Assembly: GCA_965198175.1 (NCBI GenBank)
Contig: OZ240245.1
Span: 4,224,001 to 4,288,000 of the forward strand
Length of the DNA: 64,000 nucleotides
Direction of reading: 5' to 3'
From: Candidatus Poribacteria bacterium
Lineage (GTDB): Bacteria > Poribacteria > WGA-4E > PCPOR2b
Numbering within the stretch: position 1 is the first letter of the stretch; every line of letters starts with the position of its first letter. The position numbers and the translations under genes are program-made. The notes below the pieces were generated by a model. That model searched no databases. It had not been told where the DNA came from and saw nothing but the letters and a program-made list of their open reading frames with translations. This document shows positions 47,660 through 57,404 of the stretch, in pieces.

Positions 47660-48916
47660 CTAACCTGTGCTGGGTAGTATGGGTCGCGCTCGATCTTGGG
47701 GGATGAGCGGACGACTACCATCAGCCGTAACGGCGAATGATTGCTCGATGTGCAACGAGCCGACGCCTGGAATAGCGATCATTGCCTCCAAGTTGAGGAC
47801 CATGTCCGCTTCGAGCGGCAGATCCGACGGCTCGTCCACGCAATCGTCCCTGATGCTTTGTCCGTTGTTCGCAACGATGATCGGGTAATCCCGAACTTCC
47901 AAGCCCAAACCGTGCCCGTGAGGGAACGAGGCGGTGACACCGTGCGCGTTGAGGGTTTGCCACATGGCTGCATGTACCTCTGATGCTTTCACTCCCGGCT
48001 TAATGACCTCCACACCTGCACGTGTACAAGCACGCAGTGCTGCATGCTTTTCGAGCAGTAGTGCAGAGGGTTCGCGCATCGCCAATGTCGTTCCGCTGTC
48101 CGAGAAGCAATACTCGTAAATACAACCAAAATCCACATAAAGCAGATCGTCGTCAGTTAGGACGTATTTCGACTCTGTGGCAATGCCGAGACCCCGCACA
48201 CCAAACGCAAAGTGATCAAAATCTGCGCCATCCCTGGCGACCTGTGCACGGTAGTGCTGGACAAGTTCGGAGATAGGGTGGCCGGGCCGAGCGGTACCGA
48301 GACTTTCCATCGCCGCTCGTTCGCTGATTTCGGCGGCGCGCGTCAGTTTCGATAGTTCATCTTCGGTCTTGACCATCCGAATGAGGCGAATAAGATTCGA
48401 GCAATCCTTAATCGTCGCCCTTGGCAAGCCTCGCTCAATTGCCACCTTTGATGTCGGTGCCAACCCTTCCATGTCCAAGCCAATCCGAGCGTCAGTCAAT
48501 CCACGCGCTTTTAGGATGCTCAAAACTGCGTCGGTTGGCGTTGCATTTTGTTGCTTCTTATGAACTAGCTCAAGAAAACGTCGGTCAACGTCGGACAAGG
48601 CCGTAGGAGGCACCGATTCATCTAGGAGCCCAGCGCCAAAGGTATGCAGATCTTTTACCCACAAATCGGCTGCATTCACTGCAAACAATGGGGTGACAAC
48701 AAGCGCAGGTTCGCCCTCAAGCGGGAATATAGCGTAGGGACCAGTTTGATCCAGATTGCTTGACCTACCCGGCGCCATCATATATTCTCTGAACAGCGGT
48801 TCAAGCCAGCAAAAATAACCTGAAAAATATGTAATGTTCACGGGTGAAGTCGCCACAAGAACATCTACTTCGCAGCGTCGCATATACTCCACCGCCCGGT
48901 CTTTGTTGAAGAGCAT
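47660..48916 (-). CDS. M24-family (Xaa-Pro peptidase-like) hydrolase
   Basis: Creatinase-like N-domain; RMVKT..E; VDFGC.....SD; HGHGLGLE; NLE; HIEQ. Confidence 0.85.
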   Translation of the reverse strand: MLFNKDRAVEYMRRCEVDVLVATSPVNITYFSGYFCWLEPLFREYMMAPGRSSNLDQTGPYAIFPLEGEPALVVTPLFAVNAADLWVKDLHTFGAGLLDESVPPTALSDVDRRFLELVHKKQQNATPTDAVLSILKARGLTDARIGLDMEGLAPTSKVAIERGLPRATIKDCSNLIRLIRMVKTEDELSKLTRAAEISERAAMESLGTARPGHPISELVQHYRAQVARDGADFDHFAFGVRGLGIATESKYVLTDDDLLYVDFGCIYEYCFSDSGTTLAMREPSALLLEKHAALRACTRAGVEVIKPGVKASEVHAAMWQTLNAHGVTASFPHGHGLGLEVRDYPIIVANNGQSIRDDCVDEPSDLPLEADMVLNLEAMIAIPGVGSLHIEQSFAVTADGSRPLIPQDRARPILPSTG

Positions 48917-49000
48917 AATGCTACTCCTAATAATTGTAGAGATGGGAGTTTAGGTCCGCAGGCGTCAAGTGAAAAGCGTTGCCGCTCTGCCACATCGTCC

Positions 49001-49888
49001 TCAACCAATGCCAATTTCGCGCAGATACGCGCGGGTGCGTTTAGCGATGGGCAGAGGTTTGTCAAACGGCGCAGGATACATGTCCTGTTCTACGATTGCA
49101 AAGCCTTCGTAATCAATATCGCTGAGCACGTCCCGGAACGCAAGAAAATCCACCGCTCCCGCAGATGGCTCACAAAACATATCCATACTCACAGCGGTGG
49201 CAAATGGAATATTTTCGGCTTCGACGTTCTGACTTATGTTTTCATCAATACTCTTGAGATGCAAGTAGGGAATTCGATCGTGATGTCGTCGCATAAAACG
49301 CACCGGATCGCCGCCGCGATAGGCATGATGACCGGTATCGAAGCAAATTTTCACCCGTTCGGGATTCGTTTGCTCCAGAAACATCTCTATCTGATCTTCG
49401 TATTCGACATGTGTGTCGGCGTGAGGGTGAAAGACAACCTGGAGTCCAAATCGATTGTGTGCGATATCAGTCACCTTGTGCGTTGTGTCAATTAATCGTT
49501 TCCACGCACTTTCGTCGAGCGAATTAGGTCTCTGTTGTTCACCTGTAAAGGGGTTGGTATAAGTATCGTCAATCAACACCAGATATTCAGCCCCGAGGAA
49601 CGCCAGCGATTCACCTGCACCCAACACTTGTTTTTCCAACGTCGGCCATGATGCAGGATCTTCAAGATGGTCCATGGCAAACGTCCCGGACACCTTCATA
49701 CCCCGCTTGTCCAGTTCGGATTGGAGTGTAGGCAAATCAGTGGGAAGATAACCGTAAGGCCCAAGTTCAGTCCACTCATATCCAGCTTCGACCATTTCAT
49801 CTAGGAATCGATGCCATGGGGTTTGCTTGGGATCGTCTGGAAACCAGACGCCCCAGTTATCCGGCGCACTACCGATTCTAACATTCAT
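49001..49888 (-). CDS. IolE-like (2-keto-myo-inositol dehydratase family) TIM-barrel protein
   Basis: APDNWGVWF, ELGPYGYLP, FHPHADT.VE, DTGH, HLK, VEQDMYP. Confidence 0.8.
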   Translation of the reverse strand: MNVRIGSAPDNWGVWFPDDPKQTPWHRFLDEMVEAGYEWTELGPYGYLPTDLPTLQSELDKRGMKVSGTFAMDHLEDPASWPTLEKQVLGAGESLAFLGAEYLVLIDDTYTNPFTGEQQRPNSLDESAWKRLIDTTHKVTDIAHNRFGLQVVFHPHADTHVEYEDQIEMFLEQTNPERVKICFDTGHHAYRGGDPVRFMRRHHDRIPYLHLKSIDENISQNVEAENIPFATAVSMDMFCEPSAGAVDFLAFRDVLSDIDYEGFAIVEQDMYPAPFDKPLPIAKRTRAYLREIGIG

Positions 49889-50098
49889 AAACTTCGCTCC
49901 TCAAACTGATAGTTGTTTTCTGTTATCGAGTTTTGGCGTTTCGCTCTGCCCGGCACATCGTCTTCAAAAAGAAGCACGTCACCGAATTCGACGTTACTGT
50001 CGTTTGACAATGGGAGTGAAGATATTCAAACCAGGCAATTTTAGCGAATTCTTGGGGACTATGTCAAGAGGTAAGCATGTCCCAGATTACCGTCATCA

Positions 50099-53000
50099 TC
50101 ACAGTGACTCGACAACAGTCAGGGCAGCCACGGCAATGATGCTCTCAGTACATACCGACCGGAACTCGACCTCCTTTAGAACGCACTTCGGATTGGAGTC
50201 AATCCGAAGTGCGTCAGCGTGGGAAATCAACACCTCCCGGTTGTCAAACCCGCTTCCCCACGGGTCAACATAAAAAAGTTTCCCCAGTGGAACCGGTACG
50301 CCTTTTAGACTGTAGTGTTGGAAATACGTATCCATATTGTAGGGAGGGATTAATTGCTCGACCTGCGTTACACCGTCAGCGTAGCGCAAGATAATTTCAC
50401 CGTTGGGAATATAGTTCTTCATGGCGTGGGCGTAACTTTGCATCAACGGCCAGACCTGGTCGCACTTCCTCCCGATTGCAATGGTTGCTGATGCGGGAAG
50501 CGGATAGGGAGGCGTGATGCTCAGCGCAATTAACCGTGGGTGTTCCGGATACCCTGTACATTGCGTGTCAGCAATCAGGAAGCGGGTTCCCGTACTAGCA
50601 TCCAATGTGAGTGGGTGGGGCCAAAGACCGGCGTGACGGTTGGCACCGCAAGATTTGCCTTCAGGCGGAATGATAACTGGCAGACCCCAAAAGTTGCGCA
50701 GAGGAATCGGTTTGTCATCGTAGTCAAAAATGAACTGGGTTTCGGCCAGCTCCCGGTAGCCGACATTGTAATGCTCGCGAAGATCAATCATGACCTGGCG
50801 ACGCCTTTCATCGCGTGTCAGTTGAGTCGGACGAACCAGTCCGGATTCCCCAAGTTGGAGTGCCTGGTCGAAATTGACAACCTCAATTGCGCGGGATTCC
50901 ATCTGTTGGTCAGACGGCACGGCTTTGATTCGAATTGTTGGTTTGTGTTTGGGTCTCTGATAGGCAACGGGCTCCCCGAGATTGACTCTTACGGTCGAAC
51001 GTGATTCCCGATTGGTAGTCACTTCCTCACCGGTGAGATTGCCTCTCACTACTTTGATAAGCGGCACCATACTGGTAATTTCGAACAGCGCCGTATCGCC
51101 TTCCCGCTTGTACGTATACGAAAAGTCGGGAGTTTTAATGGAAGCCTCCGTCCAGTCATTAGGAAAGTTTGGCGCGATATAAAGCCTGTCCTCATGTATC
51201 GCTGGCGTGATGCCATAAAGTCCTCGCACAGCCATGTGGATGTGCGCGTCGGTGGAATCCAACTGCTCCTCGATTCCTGCAGATGCTCCCTTGTTATTTA
51301 CGCCGTAGTTCACGCCAGGGTATCTGCCGTTAAACGAGGCCCTCACAATTGTAGAAATGTACTTCCACCACACATCAGCATCGCCCACTTTCAACCCCGC
51401 CAATGCAGCTCGGCAAGTGTCTCCAGTGTGCACAAACTGCAAGCTCCAGCGCAGGGGAAACCAGTCACTGCTCATCATAAGATGAATGCCAGGGTTTGGG
51501 TTGAATCCAAAGTGTGATTCCACCCAACGCATAGCTTTGCGGCCCTGCTCAAGGGTTATCGCCCCAAACTCCACTGCCAGACATTCGTTCCAGCTCTGCA
51601 TGTGTTCGCGCCAAATTCCGTCTCCACCAATTGAGCCGAGAACACCTTCTTTTTCCCTCCACATCTCGTGCTGAATCGCTGAATAAGACTTATCCGCGTA
51701 AATCTGGTAGGTCTTCTCCGCCTCCTCGTCTCCGACGATTCGGGCTATCTTCGCCGCGCGATCAAGCATAGCCCAGCTCGTCACGGTGACCGTTACTGCC
51801 TTGGGACCTTCGCCACCGTTATCCCCGGTCCAAAACCCGTAGTGCTCGCGAAACAGCCCATCGCCGTCGGGATCACACATCCTGCACTGCCAGTCTACTG
51901 CCTTTTTGACTGCGGGCCACAGATCACGAATGAACTGTTCGTCGGCTGTCCAGCAGTAGTTCCACCACACCTGGTCAACCCAGAACGGATTATGATTTTC
52001 ACGGATGGCGGGCTCTAGTGACTGGCAAATCCACGGAATCGCGCCGTCAACAGATTCAATGTATGAGTAATGCCGGTTCGGTGCGTTGCGGTCGGGGATG
52101 GGATAAGTTTCATCATCCAACTGCAACGCTCCGTAAAGCCGCAGACATGTCTTGTGGCTTTCATGATCTCCGCACCATGTCTTACCCCACCAACCGGGCG
52201 ACAGGTGCCCATACGCATCGGATTCACTTCCGCCATTGGTCAGGCCTGGTCCGAGCTGGTTATACTGTGTCGTTGTATAGACCCACGACATCAGGCAGTT
52301 GAAGAATGTATCCGGGGTGTTGACCTGAAACTGGGATCGCCGAGCATCCCACCAAGCAATTGTCCGTTGCAATTCGTCGGCGGGATTCTGCATCGCCGCA
52401 ACGAACTTCTGTCTTGGTTCCAATGCGCGACCGATAATCGCCTCGAACCACGATTGTTTCAACCCATCCCGAGTCTGTCGCCAGGTAGACGTGTTTTTTG
52501 TGTCCAAACGTCTCATCATCTGATCAGCCATTTCGGTATCATAGTCGGTAACGCCCCAGACCATCACAACATGGAGAGATTGCACTTTCTCCGCTGTAAT
52601 GTATTGTGCTTCGTCGCCACGAGTTCCCTTGAGTTTTGATCCGCTGGCTCTTGCATCAACGCCGAACCAGAGCTCGACATTGCCCATGTTGAACTCCGTT
52701 AGCCGTGCGGAGCCATCAATGAACTCAACCTCGTTCTCGTCATATTCTGGTCCGGCCCAACTCCGGTCACTCGCCCAGGTCATACCGTATGACCGCGCTA
52801 GAATCGATACAGGACACTGTGTGGCGACCTTGCATACAAGTCCGTGGCCACCCATCAATGGCGCAACAGTGATGTTGAGCCTGCCCAGCTCCGGTTCCTT
52901 CTCTATCTCATAATGCGTGTATCCCGGCATAAACGTCGTGGCAATGTCGTCAATCTCATGAAGCCACATGACATCCCCGCTACCGTGAACCACACCGAGC

Positions 53001-53413
53001 TCCAGATACCCCAAGGTCGGCCAGACCTGATTCCACGAGCCGGTCGAATCTCGACCGAACAGATGGAAAGCCGAATCCTCGGCGTCGAACCCCGCCAGGG
53101 CGGCGCCCGTTCCTGTCTTCAGGGCAAACTTTGGACGATCTCCCGTGATGAGGTGGTTCATGCCCTGGACAATTGGTCGAGTCAGGATGTGTTTGCCGCC
53201 GCGTATAAAAAAGCCGCCCCCTTCAACCGGATCGTAGCTCGACCATTCCCCATCCTCTGGCGGGGCCATGTGAGGTGATTGGTAATAGATCACGCTCTGA
53301 TCGCAGCGAGGGATATGGGTAGGTTTGTTTATGTCCATTGAGTAGGCGACCTCAGTACCTTGGACTCGAAATCCGGCCGCCGTGCGTTGTTTACATGAAT
53401 TGTTTCTGGACAT
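50099..53413 (-). CDS. Large putative glycoside hydrolase ((alpha/alpha)6-barrel; DUF4450-like N-terminus)
   Basis: LITGDRPKF, W.YYxW-like WWNYCWTAD..F.R.LWP.VK, DPDGDGL, GLYGI.P....L.I.P.FP..W..ASI. Confidence 0.65.
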   Translation of the reverse strand: MSRNNSCKQRTAAGFRVQGTEVAYSMDINKPTHIPRCDQSVIYYQSPHMAPPEDGEWSSYDPVEGGGFFIRGGKHILTRPIVQGMNHLITGDRPKFALKTGTGAALAGFDAEDSAFHLFGRDSTGSWNQVWPTLGYLELGVVHGSGDVMWLHEIDDIATTFMPGYTHYEIEKEPELGRLNITVAPLMGGHGLVCKVATQCPVSILARSYGMTWASDRSWAGPEYDENEVEFIDGSARLTEFNMGNVELWFGVDARASGSKLKGTRGDEAQYITAEKVQSLHVVMVWGVTDYDTEMADQMMRRLDTKNTSTWRQTRDGLKQSWFEAIIGRALEPRQKFVAAMQNPADELQRTIAWWDARRSQFQVNTPDTFFNCLMSWVYTTTQYNQLGPGLTNGGSESDAYGHLSPGWWGKTWCGDHESHKTCLRLYGALQLDDETYPIPDRNAPNRHYSYIESVDGAIPWICQSLEPAIRENHNPFWVDQVWWNYCWTADEQFIRDLWPAVKKAVDWQCRMCDPDGDGLFREHYGFWTGDNGGEGPKAVTVTVTSWAMLDRAAKIARIVGDEEAEKTYQIYADKSYSAIQHEMWREKEGVLGSIGGDGIWREHMQSWNECLAVEFGAITLEQGRKAMRWVESHFGFNPNPGIHLMMSSDWFPLRWSLQFVHTGDTCRAALAGLKVGDADVWWKYISTIVRASFNGRYPGVNYGVNNKGASAGIEEQLDSTDAHIHMAVRGLYGITPAIHEDRLYIAPNFPNDWTEASIKTPDFSYTYKREGDTALFEITSMVPLIKVVRGNLTGEEVTTNRESRSTVRVNLGEPVAYQRPKHKPTIRIKAVPSDQQMESRAIEVVNFDQALQLGESGLVRPTQLTRDERRRQVMIDLREHYNVGYRELAETQFIFDYDDKPIPLRNFWGLPVIIPPEGKSCGANRHAGLWPHPLTLDASTGTRFLIADTQCTGYPEHPRLIALSITPPYPLPASATIAIGRKCDQVWPLMQSYAHAMKNYIPNGEIILRYADGVTQVEQLIPPYNMDTYFQHYSLKGVPVPLGKLFYVDPWGSGFDNREVLISHADALRIDSNPKCVLKEVEFRSVCTESIIAVAALTVVESL

Positions 53414-53549
53414 AGGTTAACTTCCTTAACTAGTAGAGTTTCGTATGCCAATCCTGCAAGCAGCTTCTAATTCTCGACAGACAAGGCTAACCATCCAAGA
53501 ATTCAGCCTGACCACCCTTTGCAAGTTTCATTTGAACAGAAAACAGGTA

Positions 53550-54100
53550 CCTTTATGCCAAGATATTCCGTACCAACCTCATGTTTTTGCTGTCTAAGAA
53601 ATCCTGCACCATCCCGGACAGCCACATTGTAATACCCGCTGTCGGCTAAGTGAACTTCGGTTTTGGGGACACGCCCATCGGTAATGGATATGTTCAAAAT
53701 GACGTTCACTACCCCCATGCCCTAAGAAAGTCATCCAGAAATGACTTATGAACGGCACCTACTCGGCTCTTAAGAACAACCGAATCGTTCTCTGTTGGCT
53801 CAATTTCTTAAACCGTCTCTGCTTCCCGTCTACCCTCGGCAACCTTGGAAATCCACGAATCTTTAACGTGTTGAAGCTGACTAGGACCATCCATAAGCTA
53901 TGGCACCATCGTGATTCCGGTGAATGAATTCAGTGTAAACAGTAGCAAGAGCATGTGCCCTGTCCGTCTGAAGGATGCGGGCAATCGTGGGAATGAGTTT
54001 TCTGATTGTAGAAATATCAAATACGTGCCGGGCGTATCCACTCTTGTCAGTCGTAATTTCACCCCGTTTGACGATTACTACCTTGCACCTCTTGAGCATC
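53550..54100 (-). pseudogene. Decayed isochorismatase-family cysteine hydrolase (approximate limits)
   Basis: Fragments in several frames: FDISTIRKLIPTIARIL...VYTEFIH; EIEPTENDSVVLKSRVGAVHKSFLDDFLRAWG; (shift at G5 run 53712-53716) GVVNVIL...TDGRV..T....ADSGYY.VAVRD. Confidence 0.65.
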
Positions 54101-54209
54101 ACATCACATAGTTTTTTCTAGAGCTTTGTCCATGACACGTGCCTCGGAGTTGTTGGATTAAGGATCTCTGTTTTCTTTGTCATCAATTGGCTCTGGTGTG
54201 CGCTACTAC

Positions 54210-55208
54210 TTAATCGCTTCGTCCCACCTGCTTGAGCCAACCCCAGGACAAGGCTCGTTCATTAATCGGTGAAACAGAGAACACCTCCACAAATTCCGGA
54301 TCGAACCAAGACGGTGCACGGTGGACACCGTTTATGGGCGCCATCTCTACGATATTCTCTCCGCCTTTATCGGTTATGGTAAGGTTACTGGTCCCACCAT
54401 GAAAGGTGATGAAGGCGAATTCTTCACCGCTCGGCGCCCACGTAATCTCACGTTCTTCAAACCACCTTCCGTTCGGCTTCCCAGGCCCAGTGAGTTGCTC
54501 CATGTTCTCTCCATTGCTATCCATCAGGAAGATATCTCCATTTCCATGGCGAGTCGAGGACCAGACTATCTTCGAACCATCTGGCGACCACGTGGGTTCA
54601 AAATCCCCACCTTTATGATTGGTCAGATTCACCAGGTTCCCGCCATTCGGGTCCATCACATGGATGTCCGAAATCGTCCGACCGCGTTTGGAAGAAAAGG
54701 CAATGTTTCGACCGTCCCGAGACCAGTCCGGTTGAATGTCTTTGGCAGGGTCGTTGGTAATGTTCCTCAAACCCTTCCCCGCGAGTATCATTTCATAGAT
54801 TTCAAAGTTGCCGTCTCGATCCGTCGCGAAGGCAATCCGCTGACCACCGGGGTGCCAAGTGGGCCAGCTATCCTCGCCTTCATGCTCGGTGAGCCTTCGG
54901 AGTCCCTGCCCATCGGGATTCACCAAAAAAATGTCAATGTTTCCCTTCGCTTCCGTATGAAACGCAATCTGATTCCCGTCCGGGGACCACACCAAACCCA
55001 AGGGAAGCGGGTTCGCATCCACGCGTATCACCGGGCGTGGGTTCATTGCATCAGTGTCCACCAACCAGATATTGTCCCCTTCCCGTTCAGCGGAGAGGAC
55101 GATGGCTGGTGTTACAGGTGCACCCGCCTCAGCGCTTACCAGTAGTACGATACAGCCCAAGAGAAACACGCCGGCGCATGCTACCACGATGGTTTGACTG
55201 AGTTGCAT
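54210..55208 (-). CDS. Secreted TolB-like (PD40 repeat) beta-propeller protein
   Basis: SD AGGAGG; signal peptide; repeats P.WSPDG..IAF.S.R.GN.DI..M..DG....LT; tail FSVSPINERALSWGWLK. Confidence 0.88.
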   Translation of the reverse strand: MQLSQTIVVACAGVFLLGCIVLLVSAEAGAPVTPAIVLSAEREGDNIWLVDTDAMNPRPVIRVDANPLPLGLVWSPDGNQIAFHTEAKGNIDIFLVNPDGQGLRRLTEHEGEDSWPTWHPGGQRIAFATDRDGNFEIYEMILAGKGLRNITNDPAKDIQPDWSRDGRNIAFSSKRGRTISDIHVMDPNGGNLVNLTNHKGGDFEPTWSPDGSKIVWSSTRHGNGDIFLMDSNGENMEQLTGPGKPNGRWFEEREITWAPSGEEFAFITFHGGTSNLTITDKGGENIVEMAPINGVHRAPSWFDPEFVEVFSVSPINERALSWGWLKQVGRSD

Positions 55209-55369
55209 GGGTTGATGCCTCCTTCTGTTGTGGTAGTGTCTTATTGAAACGTGTGCAACGCGCAACCCGACAAGATTGATGCGCAATATGCGCTTCTGAC
55301 TGGGGTTTACATCTTCTTTACTGATTCTGTTGCCGTTACTGAAAAAACGGCTTAAAGCATATGGCGAAT

Positions 55370-56416
55370 TTAGCGTTCTGCAATCTCAACTTGGAGTTTC
55401 TTGGCGGTTTCCTGAATCTGTTCCCAGGTGACCGGTTCGATTGGGATACCGTTCTCCTGTCGTTCCGCGAGGGTTTTTAATTCAACTTCTCCAGGCATCA
55501 TCACTTCTTGAAACTCCGGCATGGGAGGGGTAGATTTCATATATGAAACAAGATCGTCCATCATATCGCGGAACCGGTCGGTAGGCACAAATGCCGAAAT
55601 GTCAATTACAATAAAACAAACCCCTTGTGTTCCTCGAGGCCTGTCTTCGGTGATGAAATCGCCAGCCAAGGTTCCACTCAGCAAATCCACCAGCAATCCT
55701 AGCGCAAATCCTTTGTGTCCGGCGCTGCCCCCAAGCGGTAAAATCGAGCCGTGAGGCGGACCATAAAGGTCGTGGGGGTCTACGCTCGGATTGCCTTCCG
55801 CGTCAAGTATCCACCCCTCTGGTAGCTTTTGTCCCCGATTCCGGTGAACGCGGACTTTTCCCTCAGCCGTCATGCTTGTCGCCATGTCAGACACGATTGG
55901 ATGGTCACCTCCGGGCACCGCATACGATATTGGATTGGTTGCTAGTCTACCTTCCCGTCCGCCAAAGGGCACCACCCAATGTACTTGCTTACAACCGTTG
56001 ACCATTGCCATCGCGAACATGCCGTTTTCAGCCGCAATTTGGGTGAAGTAACCTAATCGACCCACGTGCGTGCAGCGGCGGGTAATGACGCAGGCAATCT
56101 TATGCTCCCTTGCCTTTTCAATTGCTATCTCCATCGCCCGCAGTCCGCCAACCTGGCCAAAATTAAATCCACAATCAACAACGGCTGTGCCGCCCTGTTC
56201 CTCAACCAGTGAAACCGGAGCTCCCGGCTTGACTGTGCCCTGCTCAACCCACCCTACGTACTGGGGTATCCTCACCACCCCGTGCGAGTCCATTCCCATC
56301 AGGTTGTTGCCAACCAACTGACTAGCAATGATGGTGGCTTCGTCAGGCGGCGATCCACATGCAACAAAGACATCCTTTGTCACAGCGGTGAGGAATTGGG
56401 GAGAGTATCTCTTCAT
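55370..56416 (-). CDS. Ldh_2-family (malate/L-lactate dehydrogenase-like) oxidoreductase
   Basis: GMDSHGVVRI, HVGRLG, TNPIS, DMATS..AEGK, LPLGG..GHKG.AL, PGE. Confidence 0.92.
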   Translation of the reverse strand: MKRYSPQFLTAVTKDVFVACGSPPDEATIIASQLVGNNLMGMDSHGVVRIPQYVGWVEQGTVKPGAPVSLVEEQGGTAVVDCGFNFGQVGGLRAMEIAIEKAREHKIACVITRRCTHVGRLGYFTQIAAENGMFAMAMVNGCKQVHWVVPFGGREGRLATNPISYAVPGGDHPIVSDMATSMTAEGKVRVHRNRGQKLPEGWILDAEGNPSVDPHDLYGPPHGSILPLGGSAGHKGFALGLLVDLLSGTLAGDFITEDRPRGTQGVCFIVIDISAFVPTDRFRDMMDDLVSYMKSTPPMPEFQEVMMPGEVELKTLAERQENGIPIEPVTWEQIQETAKKLQVEIAER

Positions 56417-56470
56417 GTGTTTGTTTCCTGACAGTTTGAACTGTAAACTTAAGGTTGCTGCTAGAATTGT

Positions 56471-57250
56471 CTAGCCGAATATCTCACGGAATCGATCCAT
56501 AGCCCGGTAATCGTCATTCTCAGGAAAAGCCTCCAGACCGACAACGCCATCATAGCCAACCTCGTGCAGCGTTTCGACCACCTGGGGATAATTTATCTCG
56601 CCGGTTCCTGGCTCATGGCGTCCGGGAACGTCCGCAACGTGGATGTGACCGATGATGTCATGGTATTCACGAATAAGCTCAATCAAGTTTCCCTCCTGCA
56701 CCTGGGCGTGATAAAGATCTAAAAGCAACTTAATCCCAGGACTATCCACCTCCCTCACCAAACGGGCTGCATCTTCCACATTTGCCAGCGGATATCCAGG
56801 GTGGTCTATTTTGACATTCAGGTGCTCTAAGCTGAAGACAACGTCGTGTTGTTCAGCGATATCAGCCAATCGACGCAAGGCTTTGTAAGCTGTTACCCAT
56901 CGGGCAATGGGATGTTCGGCAACTGGGTGCGTGGATGCCCCTGTTTCCGCGCTTAATCCACCGCTCAAGGCAATAAATCGTCGGCAGCGCAGCTTTTTGG
57001 CAATCGCTAACCCCTCTTCTACGTTGGCAAAGTATCCCTCCACATTATCGGGATGAACGATACAACCGTCGCCGGGGCCGATGACAAAGTTGTTAACCTG
57101 AATTGTTGGGTCAGCAGCTAGGGCATCCATGTCGCGTCCGTCCCAGAGCCAAAACTCAGCTAAGAAACCTGCCACACAGATCTTCTTCACGCGCTCCTCA
57201 AAGGGCAGATCCAGAAAAAGTGTATCAGCGCAGGCGGATAAACGGTACAT
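56471..57250 (-). CDS. Hydroxypyruvate isomerase family protein
   Basis: LPFEERV, EFW, LEHLN..DHPGY, DLYHAQVQEGNL, HVADVPGRHEPGTGEINY. Confidence 0.88.
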   Translation of the reverse strand: MYRLSACADTLFLDLPFEERVKKICVAGFLAEFWLWDGRDMDALAADPTIQVNNFVIGPGDGCIVHPDNVEGYFANVEEGLAIAKKLRCRRFIALSGGLSAETGASTHPVAEHPIARWVTAYKALRRLADIAEQHDVVFSLEHLNVKIDHPGYPLANVEDAARLVREVDSPGIKLLLDLYHAQVQEGNLIELIREYHDIIGHIHVADVPGRHEPGTGEINYPQVVETLHEVGYDGVVGLEAFPENDDYRAMDRFREIFG

Positions 57251-57404
57251 ATATTTTTCTCCTTTGGTGGTAAAAATATAGCAAGTTATCCTAACACATC
57301 AGATGAAAGTTGTTAACCCACTAACTCCTATCCTAAATACATTGGTATCTAGCGACGAACTGTAGCCTCATCGCGGGGTTTTGCGCAACGTTTGAGTGGT
57401 TTGT

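Noticed and set aside
54321..55145. 274-aa antisense ORF over the TolB-like gene
   Set aside because: Shadow of a repetitive sense-strand gene with clear PD40 motifs
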